Assembly: GCA_030599585.1 (NCBI GenBank)
Contig: JAUVNS010000008.1
Location: 128,001-192,000 of the forward strand
Length of the DNA stretch: 64,000 bases
Direction: 5' to 3'
Origin: Promethearchaeota archaeon
GTDB lineage: Archaea > Asgardarchaeota > Lokiarchaeia > Sigyniarchaeales > SOKP01
The notes below the pieces were generated by a model. The model was not told the origin of the DNA. It saw only the letters and a program-made list of their open reading frames with translations, and did no database searches. This document shows positions 7,604 to 18,034 of the stretch, in pieces. Made by a program: the position numbers and the translations under genes. The stretch's first letter is position 1; each line of letters opens with the position of its first letter.

Positions 7604-8440
7604 TTACTCGTTTAAGAAATCTATTATTGTCTGATTTACTTCAGGGGCTTTTGAGAGAGGGCTACTATGACCCGCTTTATCAATTACTACAAGTTTACTA
7701 TTAGGTAATTTTTCGTGAATCTGTTCCATTGATGATTTTGACATTAACCTATCGTGAGAAGCAACAAGTATTAGGGTTGGATTTTTTATAGTATCTAATC
7801 TATCAAAAGTATCGTGAGTCTTTAAAGCTTCAGCTTGCATGGTAATGTCCTTAGCTGTTGGAGGATCTATTGTACTCATTTCTATCAAATCTTCTGCAGA
7901 CCAAAGACCATACCATTTTTTAGAAGGTTCAGCTTCTAATTGCTTTCTGAATTTTATATAGTAACTAGATCGAGTTCCAGACCACCATGCTTTAACTGGG
8001 TCTTCTTTTTTCATTTCTAACTCACTTAACCGCATATTTTTATAAACTGTAGGTCCCCCCTCGTCAGGGAAACCATAATTGGTGTTAATTAATATTATTT
8101 TATTTACTCTCTCTGGATACTTCAAAACGAAATTCTGCACGATCATTCCACCAAGGCTCCAACCCGCAATATTTGCTTTTTCAATTCCAAGATGATCCAT
8201 AAGACCGTTGATATCATCTGCGAAAACTTCCATTGTATATTCAGTATCAGGTCTATCAGATTTTCCTGCTCCACGATTATCTAATCTTATAACCTTAAAA
8301 TGTTTTGATAAATCGGGTATTTGAGCAATCCACGATTCCTTTTTCGCTCCAAATCCGTGAATTAAAAATAAAGGGTAGCCATCTCCAAAGACTTCATAAC
8401 ATAGCTTAACACCATTAACATCTGCATATTGTTCTGTCAT
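7604..8440 (-). CDS. Alpha/beta fold hydrolase (enol-lactonase/aminoacrylate hydrolase-like)
   Basis: HGFG, DNRGAGKSD, nucleophile GWSLGG, catalytic His in AGH. Confidence 0.9.
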   Translation of the reverse strand: MTEQYADVNGVKLCYEVFGDGYPLFLIHGFGAKKESWIAQIPDLSKHFKVIRLDNRGAGKSDRPDTEYTMEVFADDINGLMDHLGIEKANIAGWSLGGMIVQNFVLKYPERVNKIILINTNYGFPDEGGPTVYKNMRLSELEMKKEDPVKAWWSGTRSSYYIKFRKQLEAEPSKKWYGLWSAEDLIEMSTIDPPTAKDITMQAEALKTHDTFDRLDTIKNPTLILVASHDRLMSKSSMEQIHEKLPNSKLVVIDKAGHSSPLSKAPEVNQTIIDFLNE

Positions 8441-8619
8441 TTCTAAACACATTTTACTTATTAATTATTTAGTTTAACAAGGATTCAGTTTTATTTAAGA
8501 TTTCTTCTTCACTAAAATAAAGAAACATAGTTTACTTAATCTCGATAAAAAAATTATAAAAACAATTCTATTTAGAAACTTTACTTCTAATTTGTTATAT
8601 ACATAAGAGAGTGAGAAAA

Positions 8620-9381
8620 ATGGAAGAAAAAAGAGTTTTAATCCCTTCTGCTACTGGTAATAAACTTCATGGAGTTTTATACATTGCGTCTGAAAAAAAC
8701 ATTCCTCTGACAACGCCAATTTTAATTATGTGTCATGGTTTCACGGGAGATAAATACGAGTGGGGGCGCTTTCCTAAAACAGCAAAAGTTTTAAATAAAG
8801 AAGGTTATGATGTGCTCATATTTGACTTTTCTGGTTCAGGAGAAAATAAGAGAGAAGTAGTTAATTTATCAAAACAAGCCACTGATCTAGAAAATGTCTA
8901 TGAATGGGTAAAAATTCAGGGATATTCAAAAATCGCTGTATTGGGCCTCTCTTTTGGCGGTCAGACGGTATTAAAAGCAAGTTTGCCTGAAATAATAACT
9001 TACATATTTTGGGCACCACTTCTATTACTCCACACAACAGGAGACCAGGCTGATTGGTTTAAGGATATAGCTAAAGGACCTGTAGAAATTCCCTCATCAG
9101 GAGAATTTGACCCCATAATAATTGACATGAGTTTTGTGACAGATATGGGACAATTCCGAGTAAAACCTGCTTTAAAGAAATTATATCCGCCTACTCTTAT
9201 AGTTCAAGGCACTAATGACGATAAAGTTCCTTTGGAATTGACTAAGAAAGCATTCAGTATGATGCCTCAAGATAACAATCATAAGTTAGTAGAAGTTCAA
9301 GACGCAACTCACGATTTTAACGAAAAACACTTACAAGAATTTATTAAGGAAACAGTAAGTTGGTTGAAAAGCTATTTATAA
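8620..9381 (+). CDS. Alpha/beta hydrolase (serine aminopeptidase/esterase-like)
   Basis: CHGFTG, FDFSGSGE, GLSFGG, QGTNDDKVP and ATHDF motifs forming a Ser-Asp-His triad. Confidence 0.9.
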   Translation: MEEKRVLIPSATGNKLHGVLYIASEKNIPLTTPILIMCHGFTGDKYEWGRFPKTAKVLNKEGYDVLIFDFSGSGENKREVVNLSKQATDLENVYEWVKIQGYSKIAVLGLSFGGQTVLKASLPEIITYIFWAPLLLLHTTGDQADWFKDIAKGPVEIPSSGEFDPIIIDMSFVTDMGQFRVKPALKKLYPPTLIVQGTNDDKVPLELTKKAFSMMPQDNNHKLVEVQDATHDFNEKHLQEFIKETVSWLKSYL

Positions 9382-9387
9382 AAAAAA

Positions 9388-11748
9388 TTATTTATTACTT
9401 TTGCTCTTTATTACTCTTGGAGGGTCTAATTTTAATATTTTAAAATTATCTAATAAGTCCTCAAATCCTTTATTAGAAATAATAAATTTACCCTGAGATT
9501 TGGATAGAATCTGAGAGTTGGAGGCTTTTTCAATGTGGTTAAGTATCATTGTTCCATAGTAGTTATTAGAAAGGTCATGAATATCATACGATGTATCGTT
9601 AATTTTGTATATTTTGCATTTTAAAAGTTCTTGTCTCAACATGTAAATTACTTTAACAGACCATTTTTTGAAAGTAGGGAATTTTTTCAGCGATTTTAAG
9701 TTAATTAGCTCCAATTGATTGCTTTTAATTAATTCGCTTAGTTTTAACGATACGAATTTCTTAAAATCTAACTTTAGCTCCTGTAACGATTGCTTTTTTA
9801 AGGAATTACTTTTAAATCCGGTTAGATACGATGGATCTGTGAAAATCTTTGAATGTCGTTCAAAACCAATTATTCTTAAAACTTTTTTTTTATAATTTGG
9901 TTTCTGTATTATCTTTAAGTACGTTTTATTTAATTCTTTTAGAATTTTACTTTGAATAAAATTACTAAAATATTTCCTGACGCTTTCTTTTTTTGGTAAA
10001 AAACTTTGTTTGAACCTTTCATCTATTTTATCATAAGCATCTAGTTCGTCAATTTGGTATTCTTTTAATTGGGTTATAATCTCGAAAGGGATATATGTTG
10101 AGACGAATTCTATTCCTTCCCATATGAGTTCTATTGCTGTCTTTATGTTAATCCTTCTTAAAGGCCTTATAATTTTAATATTACCCGCTTTAATTGCGAT
10201 TGGGGTCGTTTTACACAAAATTAGATCAAAAGGTTTAATTTCATGTGTTAAGGGATGATTATTATCTGGGATCAAGAATCCATCAGAAAATTGGCATATA
10301 TAACTCCCTAATATGGGCTTTTGGGCTAAGTCCCACTCAAGTATCATAAAATTCTCTAATTCTTTAAAGTTCACATCAAAATCTAAGTCAATTACGTTGT
10401 CGGTATAAACGGTATTTTTAATTTTTGGATTCTCACTTCCCCAGAATTGTTTTACTGGATTTCTAACTGGGTTATTTCCATCAAATATTTCATTAAATAC
10501 GGGATAGTTTTCTATAAAATAACTTTGTTCAAGATATTCTAAGTGGTGTTTTTCGAGGCCGCACTTTTCTAAAACGTAATAATACAATGGTATTTCTGAC
10601 CGGGAGGAAGACACCCAGATTAGTGTAGGATAGTTGTATCTATAATTAAATTTCATTTGTTTGAGTTTATCTGATTGAGTGTTCGCAATTACTAATGACC
10701 TAAGAAATCCATGTTTCTGCTTAAGCCCCTCTAAATATAGATCGCTCAACTTTTCCTTGTAGGTACCTATTTGTGAATAGATTTCGGTATTATTATTGAA
10801 ATTGCAATTTTTGGCAATTTTTAAATAACCATCCATGTTATCTTCTGATTCCATATTCAAAATTGCTTCTTTAACGCTTTCTAAAGTTAATTCTGCGATC
10901 TGCGTTTTTAAATCTATCTTTGAACTCTTGGGAAGATTTTTAAAAAAATCATCTAAATAAATTCCAGGAGCAAACTTATGAAGTAATAGATATCTAAGGA
11001 TTGGATTTCCCAGAGCAGTTACATTCATTTTTTTAATGGTTTCAACAACAAGTTTTTTAGGGAAATCGAAGAAAAGATTTTGTAAGTTGAGAATTGTGTC
11101 AATCTTTCTGTATAATTCATATTCCACAATGCTACTAAAAAGCGAGCTTATAAACTTAGGATAATCCGTAATAAAATCTCTTATTTCCTTAAATTTGACA
11201 GCGTATTTTATGAATTGGTCATTTAAATTGTATTTCAGAGAAATGTCTGCGATTTTCTTAACGTAATCTAAATTATTAGATTCTTTATGAGCTTGTTCTA
11301 AAAAATTTATTGCTTCATAATATTTTGAGTCTTTAATTAACTCCTCTGCTTTAACTATGAAATTCTCAGTTTTACTTTGCTTAATCAGATTAAAATTCGC
11401 AGAGAAATTTATAGTTCTTATATCTTTACACACGCTTTTGCATATATCTGGTTCAAGTAAGAGTAAAACTTTGACAATGTGTTTACAGAATTTCGTATTT
11501 TTTTTAAAATCAGGGCAGTCGTGGACGATATTTACTCGTCGCTCGTCTTGAAATATGTTTACTACATATTTTGAGTTACCGGAGCCTTGAAGATTAACTA
11601 AAATTTTAATTTTTGGATTCTTTACCACATTGAAATTAATTATGTTTTTATTTGGAATGTTTTTTCCTCGATTAAATCTAGCTCCCATTACATGTCTTCT
11701 GAATAAATCGCCATTCTGAAAATAATTTTTAAGACTTATATTGTTCAC
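9388..11748 (-). CDS. SWIM-type Zn-finger protein (786 aa), third gene of the MoxR-VWA operon
   Basis: GSGNSKYVV..HDCPDFKKNTKFCKHIVKVLL is SWIM-like (HxC..CxH) and is followed by a TPR-like helix pair. Confidence 0.7.
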   Translation of the reverse strand: MNNISLKNYFQNGDLFRRHVMGARFNRGKNIPNKNIINFNVVKNPKIKILVNLQGSGNSKYVVNIFQDERRVNIVHDCPDFKKNTKFCKHIVKVLLLLEPDICKSVCKDIRTINFSANFNLIKQSKTENFIVKAEELIKDSKYYEAINFLEQAHKESNNLDYVKKIADISLKYNLNDQFIKYAVKFKEIRDFITDYPKFISSLFSSIVEYELYRKIDTILNLQNLFFDFPKKLVVETIKKMNVTALGNPILRYLLLHKFAPGIYLDDFFKNLPKSSKIDLKTQIAELTLESVKEAILNMESEDNMDGYLKIAKNCNFNNNTEIYSQIGTYKEKLSDLYLEGLKQKHGFLRSLVIANTQSDKLKQMKFNYRYNYPTLIWVSSSRSEIPLYYYVLEKCGLEKHHLEYLEQSYFIENYPVFNEIFDGNNPVRNPVKQFWGSENPKIKNTVYTDNVIDLDFDVNFKELENFMILEWDLAQKPILGSYICQFSDGFLIPDNNHPLTHEIKPFDLILCKTTPIAIKAGNIKIIRPLRRINIKTAIELIWEGIEFVSTYIPFEIITQLKEYQIDELDAYDKIDERFKQSFLPKKESVRKYFSNFIQSKILKELNKTYLKIIQKPNYKKKVLRIIGFERHSKIFTDPSYLTGFKSNSLKKQSLQELKLDFKKFVSLKLSELIKSNQLELINLKSLKKFPTFKKWSVKVIYMLRQELLKCKIYKINDTSYDIHDLSNNYYGTMILNHIEKASNSQILSKSQGKFIISNKGFEDLLDNFKILKLDPPRVIKSKSNK

Positions 11749-11772
11749 CTTTAAAACATGAGTGGAATTAAT

Positions 11773-14361
11773 TTATTGGCTGGTAATGATTTCAGATATT
11801 AATTTTGGAAAGTCTCGCCACTGGTTTAGTGTTAAAAGTACTCCATTTGCCTCTTTTACCATTTTCTTTGCCATTACCGGAGAAAATCCAAATTTTGGAA
11901 CAACCATAACGAATTTTATATCTTTATCCTTCATTTTTTTTAATTCTCTTAAGCTATTTTTGAAGTCAAAAACATCTGCGTCTGTGAATAATATATTCAG
12001 TTTGTATTTCGAGCGAGCTTTTTTTTCAAATTGAAGATTTGCCCATTTAAGAGCGTGGTTTATACATGTGCCTCCCCTTGCGGTTATATCAAGTAATTCG
12101 TCAACAACTTTTTCCAATTCAACATCCTCATCAAGATTCTTTAATTTATGCGTGTTAGACTCAAAAAAAGTGAGTGCGATTTCTTCTGGTTTAAATGCAT
12201 ATACTAACATTGTTGTGCATAACGCCATTTGAGCTAACTTGTTTCCACTCATACTCCCGCTTATATCCAATTCAAGAACCATGCATCGAAGCCCATCAGT
12301 AGTTTTTGACACTAAAAAATCGTCGTTAGAAATTGTTTCAACGGTTTTCCCGCCTTCCAGTAAATTACTTATAGTCTCTTCTAGATCAATTAATTCAAAA
12401 TCGTCTCCTAAAGTGTAAGGGATTACAATGTTTTCTACGAGGGGTCCAGATTTGGCGGTACCAATTAGGGAGTTTGCCGCATTAATACCTAAATCAATCA
12501 TAATTTGTTTTATGATCTCTTTCAACTTCTTCTTGATTTTGGCTGAAACATTGTGCCTTGAATAAAACCACTGCTCCAATAAATCCAAACCACTACCTGC
12601 ACCCAAAGAGGAAAATGCCATATCTAGAGCATCGTTGCCCATTTGTTCAGCTGATCTTAATACTTGAGATAAATTTTTTTCGCTTAATGCGCTTAGAACA
12701 TCTAAATTCGGCTGTTTTGGTGGAACACCTCCTAACGCTAACTTAACAATCTCATCAATCTGTTGGGGAGATATTTCCATCTGCTCGAGATAATCCTTAT
12801 ATGTTTGGTAATTTGATTGATTCTCCTTAACAATTTGTTTAAAAACTTTATAACTTTTCTCGATTAAGTTAAGAATTTCTATTTCTGTCATATTTAGCCT
12901 TTTGCCTGCGTTTTTGATTGAGTTAATGTTCGGAGAAAAGCCTTTCTTGTTAAAATCTTTAACCATATTACTTAATGAGCTTTTATTTGCTGCACCTTCG
13001 ACTGCGTTATTAACTAAATCAGAAATTTTATTGGTCAGTTGCGCTTGGCAAGAGAAATCGCTACAATTTTCTTTAGATCTAACTAAGTTATCGATGTAAT
13101 TCTTTATCTGGGCATCGACCATTTGCTTATCGCTGTAATCGTCGTTTATTGATTGAACATCTTTATCAATAATCTTTGACATTAATTTTCGCCATGCAGG
13201 AGACTTAATAGGGTTATTAATTAAATCTTTTTTAATGTCAGTTGAATTTTTTCCTTTACTAAAATTATCAAAATTGGCGATAATTTGATCTAAATATTGT
13301 TCGCTCAAATTATCTCCAAAATATTGATCAAAGTTCTTTGCATTATTATAAGCGTCTTTAAATGGGAGCTTCAAACTAGTATTTAAGATATTAACCATTT
13401 TTTTCTTCGCTATATTGGGATTTGACCCCAAGACTCTTGAAGTGTTAAAGATATCGTTTAAATTTTTGTTAGAATTAGAGAGATTTTGTTTCAAAAGACT
13501 TTTTAATATGTTTTGACCTTGTTGGGTTAATATATTAGATTTCAAGGCAAATTCAGCAATGTTCAATCCTTCAAAGGAATTATCCTTTAAAGCTTTTTTA
13601 AGACTTTCCTTAAATTTGTCCAAATTTTGGTCTTTTGCGAGTTGAGACATTATTTTTTCTTTTAACGAGTCAGATTTCGAAATAATATCGTCCAGCAAAT
13701 TTAATTTTTCTGCCGCATCTATATCCTCAGGTTCTAAATGGTTTATTTTATTTTTTAATAATTCTTTTGCGTAATCGAGCAAAGCTTTTAAATCCTTAAA
13801 TTGATTGAAGTTTGCTATAGCGTTATTGTCAATAACATCTAAAGCTGTTTTATATGGATCTTCTTCCAGCTCTTTGCTAAATTGGTCAAAAAAATCGTTT
13901 AAACTCTCGTCCATTAACTGATCTAAATCAAGATCTTCTAACTCTTTAAAAAAATTATTTAATAATTCAAAATCGTCAAACATCTCATCTAATTCACTCA
14001 AATCTAATCCTAAATCATCGAGTAAGTCTTGGGCCGTTTCGCTCCCAAACATATCAGATTTTGCCATGTCAGAAGACATACGATTCTTCATGGGTTCATT
14101 ATATGTTAATAACTCTGTGGCAATTTTGCGGGCTAAAGCTTGATTTTCAAGAGGACTAGTAACAACTGCAATTTCAATAAAGTCGTTGATTTCACAAACA
14201 CCTTTATTCATAAATCTCGCTATTATTAATTTACAAATTGCAATTGCCTGGCGAATCGATGGCTTATACATACTTTTCTCATGGTTCCTTAATGCATTTA
14301 TGAACTTAAGAGAAAACCAAACTGGGCTTTGGGGGAAGATTATCATCCAGATCAATACCAA
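11773..14361 (-). CDS. VWA domain protein (C-terminal MIDAS), MoxR partner
   Basis: LELDISGSMSG, GGTCINHAL and FTDAD motifs, with IDLEETI preceding the VWA domain. An alternative start is ATG 14346. Confidence 0.9.
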   Translation of the reverse strand: MVLIWMIIFPQSPVWFSLKFINALRNHEKSMYKPSIRQAIAICKLIIARFMNKGVCEINDFIEIAVVTSPLENQALARKIATELLTYNEPMKNRMSSDMAKSDMFGSETAQDLLDDLGLDLSELDEMFDDFELLNNFFKELEDLDLDQLMDESLNDFFDQFSKELEEDPYKTALDVIDNNAIANFNQFKDLKALLDYAKELLKNKINHLEPEDIDAAEKLNLLDDIISKSDSLKEKIMSQLAKDQNLDKFKESLKKALKDNSFEGLNIAEFALKSNILTQQGQNILKSLLKQNLSNSNKNLNDIFNTSRVLGSNPNIAKKKMVNILNTSLKLPFKDAYNNAKNFDQYFGDNLSEQYLDQIIANFDNFSKGKNSTDIKKDLINNPIKSPAWRKLMSKIIDKDVQSINDDYSDKQMVDAQIKNYIDNLVRSKENCSDFSCQAQLTNKISDLVNNAVEGAANKSSLSNMVKDFNKKGFSPNINSIKNAGKRLNMTEIEILNLIEKSYKVFKQIVKENQSNYQTYKDYLEQMEISPQQIDEIVKLALGGVPPKQPNLDVLSALSEKNLSQVLRSAEQMGNDALDMAFSSLGAGSGLDLLEQWFYSRHNVSAKIKKKLKEIIKQIMIDLGINAANSLIGTAKSGPLVENIVIPYTLGDDFELIDLEETISNLLEGGKTVETISNDDFLVSKTTDGLRCMVLELDISGSMSGNKLAQMALCTTMLVYAFKPEEIALTFFESNTHKLKNLDEDVELEKVVDELLDITARGGTCINHALKWANLQFEKKARSKYKLNILFTDADVFDFKNSLRELKKMKDKDIKFVMVVPKFGFSPVMAKKMVKEANGVLLTLNQWRDFPKLISEIITSQ

Positions 14362-14379
14362 TATATTAATTAATTTAAA

Positions 14380-15537
14380 TTATGCTGACCCTAGAACTTG
14401 AGAGATTATGTTGGTAATAACATCCTTAGCTTTAACGCCAGGCTTAGCCTGGATAGCTCCAAATAAAACATTGCTTGCAAGATTCCTTAGAATTTTATGT
14501 GTATCTGCTTTCTTATTTCTTTTCTGAGCTACACCCGTTAACCTGGCCAACGCAATCCCACTTCTTAAACTGGCTGGTGTTTGGACTTGGTGATGGGTGC
14601 GAGTTCTATTAATAATTAAGTAGATTTTCTCTAAAATGCTCTCATCGACTTTATAATATGGGTTGTTATGCTCTATTATTTTCATTTCGGTCTTTTTATC
14701 AGGGTAGTCAAGCTCAATCCAGACGTTAAATCGATCTTTTAGGGCTTCACCTAATCTATGTGTTCCTACTAATTCTGATGGATTCATAGCGCCAATAAAG
14801 AAAAAACCAGGGGACGATTTGACGCGCCCTATGTGCGGAATGGATAAAGTCCTTTCTTCTAAAGGTTCTAATAATGAATTCTGTGTGTATTCAGTAGCAC
14901 GATTTATTTCATTCGCTAAAAACAATCCACCGTTTAACATCGCTTTTATGAGTGGCCCTGGATTGAACGCTTCGAACGAAAAACCCTTTTGAATCGTTGT
15001 TGCTGGATTAAATGAACCTATTAAGTGAGAGGGTTTAGTTGATTCGTCAAATGTTATCCACTCAAACGAATCATTTCCAGTGATTTCTGCTCGTGATTGA
15101 GCGTAATACCTACATAGTGTCGTCTTGCCTATTCCTGGTGGCCCTACTAAAATTGGGTATAAGTTGGAAGCGTCTGCTTCAAACATTAAATCAAGAGCTT
15201 TCTCATACTGACCTGTTAAAACGATGTCTAGCTTTTCTTTTTTCTGAAGAAGTAGATTTCTTTCAAACAAATCTTTTAAGCTTGCTTGTTTCTGATTCAG
15301 CTGACTTTTATCATTCCCTCTGAAATACGGAGAACTCTTTAAAATTGAAATGTTATCTAATATTTTTTCTTTAGGCTCTTTCGGAGGTGTTTTTTTAGCA
15401 GTAGGTTTTTTTGCTGTGATACTAGTTTTTGCCGTCGTTTTGGTATTAGTTTTAAGAATTGTTTTAGTTGGAGTTTTATTTGGGCTTTTTTGAGTTTTTT
15501 TAATCTGATTATTTTTAGTTACGGGTTTCTTTGCCAT
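14380..15537 (-). CDS. MoxR-family AAA+ ATPase with Lys/Thr/Pro-rich N-terminal tail
   Basis: Walker A GPPGIGKT, Walker B variant LFLANEINRA, QNSLLEPLEE, GAMNP and ALKDRF. Confidence 0.92.
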   Translation of the reverse strand: MAKKPVTKNNQIKKTQKSPNKTPTKTILKTNTKTTAKTSITAKKPTAKKTPPKEPKEKILDNISILKSSPYFRGNDKSQLNQKQASLKDLFERNLLLQKKEKLDIVLTGQYEKALDLMFEADASNLYPILVGPPGIGKTTLCRYYAQSRAEITGNDSFEWITFDESTKPSHLIGSFNPATTIQKGFSFEAFNPGPLIKAMLNGGLFLANEINRATEYTQNSLLEPLEERTLSIPHIGRVKSSPGFFFIGAMNPSELVGTHRLGEALKDRFNVWIELDYPDKKTEMKIIEHNNPYYKVDESILEKIYLIINRTRTHHQVQTPASLRSGIALARLTGVAQKRNKKADTHKILRNLASNVLFGAIQAKPGVKAKDVITNIISQVLGSA

Positions 15538-15745
15538 ATAGAAAACCTTTACAGTTAAATTTTTGAATTTATGTCTGATGTTTAGTAATAAACATCACTA
15601 TTATTAACTTTCAAAATCTATATATAAATCCAGAGAATAAAGAAAAAGTGAATTATTTAATATGATTCTAAGGGATAGAAACTCATTTAATTTTGCGTTT
15701 ACTTCATAATAAGAATGTTTCTCTTATTTTTTAACCCTCAATCTT

Positions 15746-16573
15746 TTATGGTGCTATAATTAAAACGATGGTATAAACAAGTATCAGATTTCCTAAAATT
15801 ATACCAACATCCTTTAGTGCGGTTCTACCTAATAAATCTTGACGAGGTTTCCTGAATATATACATGATTCCAAAAGGAAAGAAAATTATAGGGAGAAATA
15901 TAATGAATTGTGTAATGATTAGTGAGATTATTGCTATGGTTAGCGATACTAAGGAAGCAATCCAAATCACTACTTGAGAAGCCTTTGGAGATAACTTAGA
16001 TAAGGAGTCTCCATCAATTAACTCATGTAGCATTTGACCCGTAAAACCTACGGATGCTACTGAAAGTAGTATTAATAACTCAAAAACAGATAGATCGGGA
16101 AAAAAACCTAAGATAATATCACCAGCATTAATTTTTATCATCATCCATGGCAATACGATATGTGAGATTCCTAAAATGATATGGTTAATGATTACTAGTG
16201 ATTTGAACAGACAATAAAAAATTACTAAAATAACTATGATAACTAAATAAATTCCTAAGATTGGATACACAACAATTCTATTCATAAAACACATGGTTCC
16301 TATTAAGAAACATGCTAACGAGATTGTAAAAATTTCTTTACGACTATAACCTTGGATTCTTTTGAGGGTTTCGCTTTCGTCTGGATCCTTCATATCTATT
16401 ATGTCATTTAAGGTATTTCCTGTAATAGCATAAAAAGCAAACCCTGTTAATATCCAAATGTGTGCGGTGATCTCATACCCATTTAAATAAACGCTTAATA
16501 AACAAGGGACAAGAACTGAAAATAAGTATTCAATTCTTAATAATTTAAATCCATTACTCACTGAAAAAATCAC
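15746..16573 (-). CDS. UbiA-family prenyltransferase-like membrane protein
   Basis: GNTLNDIIDMKDPD (NDxxD motif) and multiple TM segments; second acidic motif degenerate (HELIDGD). Confidence 0.7.
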   Translation of the reverse strand: MIFSVSNGFKLLRIEYLFSVLVPCLLSVYLNGYEITAHIWILTGFAFYAITGNTLNDIIDMKDPDESETLKRIQGYSRKEIFTISLACFLIGTMCFMNRIVVYPILGIYLVIIVILVIFYCLFKSLVIINHIILGISHIVLPWMMIKINAGDIILGFFPDLSVFELLILLSVASVGFTGQMLHELIDGDSLSKLSPKASQVVIWIASLVSLTIAIISLIITQFIIFLPIIFFPFGIMYIFRKPRQDLLGRTALKDVGIILGNLILVYTIVLIIAP

Positions 16574-16727
16574 TTTAAGATATCGTATAATGAATTAATA
16601 ATTAAATAAGTAAAAAAATTTAGGATTTTAGAACAAATACTCCTAAAAATCAATTAAGGAGTAGAAATCTGGATTCATTAAATTAGAAAAAGAAAGGTGC
16701 AAGGATATGGCAGGATTGATCTAATTA

Positions 16728-17915
16728 TTAAACTACATTTTCATGGTGAAATTTTTCTATTTCGTTATCATCATACCCTAATTCTAAAAGGATTTCTTTA
16801 GTATGTTGTCCTAATATGGGTGGAGATGTTAAAACCTCCCCTGGTGTGGCAGAGAGTTTAACAGGAATTCCTGTTACCCTGATTTTTCCTGCTTTCAAAT
16901 GATCGAGATCTTTGACCATGTTTCTATGGAGCACCTGCGGATCAGTAAAAATCTTATCCATAGTATAGATCGGACCACAGGGAACTCCAGCCTTTGTTAG
17001 AATATCCAGCCACTCTTGCGCAGATTTCGAACTAATTATTTTACTAATGGTAGTTACTAAATCATCCCTATTTTCGACACGTTTTGCATTTGTAGAATAT
17101 TTAGGGTTATCTATTATGTTTTCTAATCCAACAGCATGACAGAATTTTTGCCATAATTGATCGTTACCCGCTGCAATATTAACATATGTGTCATTAGCTT
17201 TGAAAGCTTGATATGGTACAATATTTGGGTGTCCAGAGCCTAAAGGTTGCGGTATTTCACCAGATGCAAAAAAGGATCCTGCCCTATAAGTTAACCAAGC
17301 AACTTGGCTATCTAATAAAGATACATCAATCAGTTGACCTTTGCCAGTTCTTTCACGATTAAAGAGAGCAATCATAATACCATAAGCTGCAAACATACCT
17401 CCGGCAATATCAGCCACCGCTATCCCCACTTTAATTGGAGGACCTCCTGGTTCACCGGTAATACTCATAAGCCCGCCCATTCCTTGTAATACTTGATCAA
17501 AACCAGGTAATAACTTGTATGGTCCATCCTGCCCAAATCCAGAAATACTCGCATATATAATTTTTGGATTTAACTCTACAACGCTCTTATAGCCTAAACC
17601 AAGTTTTTCCATCGTTCCGGGCCTAAAATTTTCAACAACAACATCTGCTTTTTTTATTAATTTTTCAATGATCTCTTTCGATTTCTCACTTTTCAAGTTC
17701 AAAGTTATACTCTTTTTATTTCGATTAACGCTCATAAAATACGCACTTTCTCCTTCTACGAAAGGAGGTCCCCATGATCTAGAATCATCTCCCCTACCAG
17801 GCATCTCTATTTTAATAATTTCAGCCCCCATATCTCCTAACATCATTGTACAATAGGGACCCGCAAGAGCTCTTGACAAATCCAAAACTGTAATGCTTTC
17901 TAGTGGTCTTACCAT
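16728..17915 (-). CDS. Family III CoA-transferase (CaiB/BaiF/Frc)
   Basis: LAGPYCTMMLGDMGAE, NRNKKS, VENFRPG and catalytic ADIAGG. Confidence 0.95.
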   Translation of the reverse strand: MVRPLESITVLDLSRALAGPYCTMMLGDMGAEIIKIEMPGRGDDSRSWGPPFVEGESAYFMSVNRNKKSITLNLKSEKSKEIIEKLIKKADVVVENFRPGTMEKLGLGYKSVVELNPKIIYASISGFGQDGPYKLLPGFDQVLQGMGGLMSITGEPGGPPIKVGIAVADIAGGMFAAYGIMIALFNRERTGKGQLIDVSLLDSQVAWLTYRAGSFFASGEIPQPLGSGHPNIVPYQAFKANDTYVNIAAGNDQLWQKFCHAVGLENIIDNPKYSTNAKRVENRDDLVTTISKIISSKSAQEWLDILTKAGVPCGPIYTMDKIFTDPQVLHRNMVKDLDHLKAGKIRVTGIPVKLSATPGEVLTSPPILGQHTKEILLELGYDDNEIEKFHHENVV

Positions 17916-18034
17916 CTCCTATTTCACTTTTCTTATATATATCATGCTTAATAATGTTATGAATAAATTATTAACTATTATAATTGAAGATTTCCATACA
18001 AAGACAATAATTTATCTTCATAGATAAAAATCAT

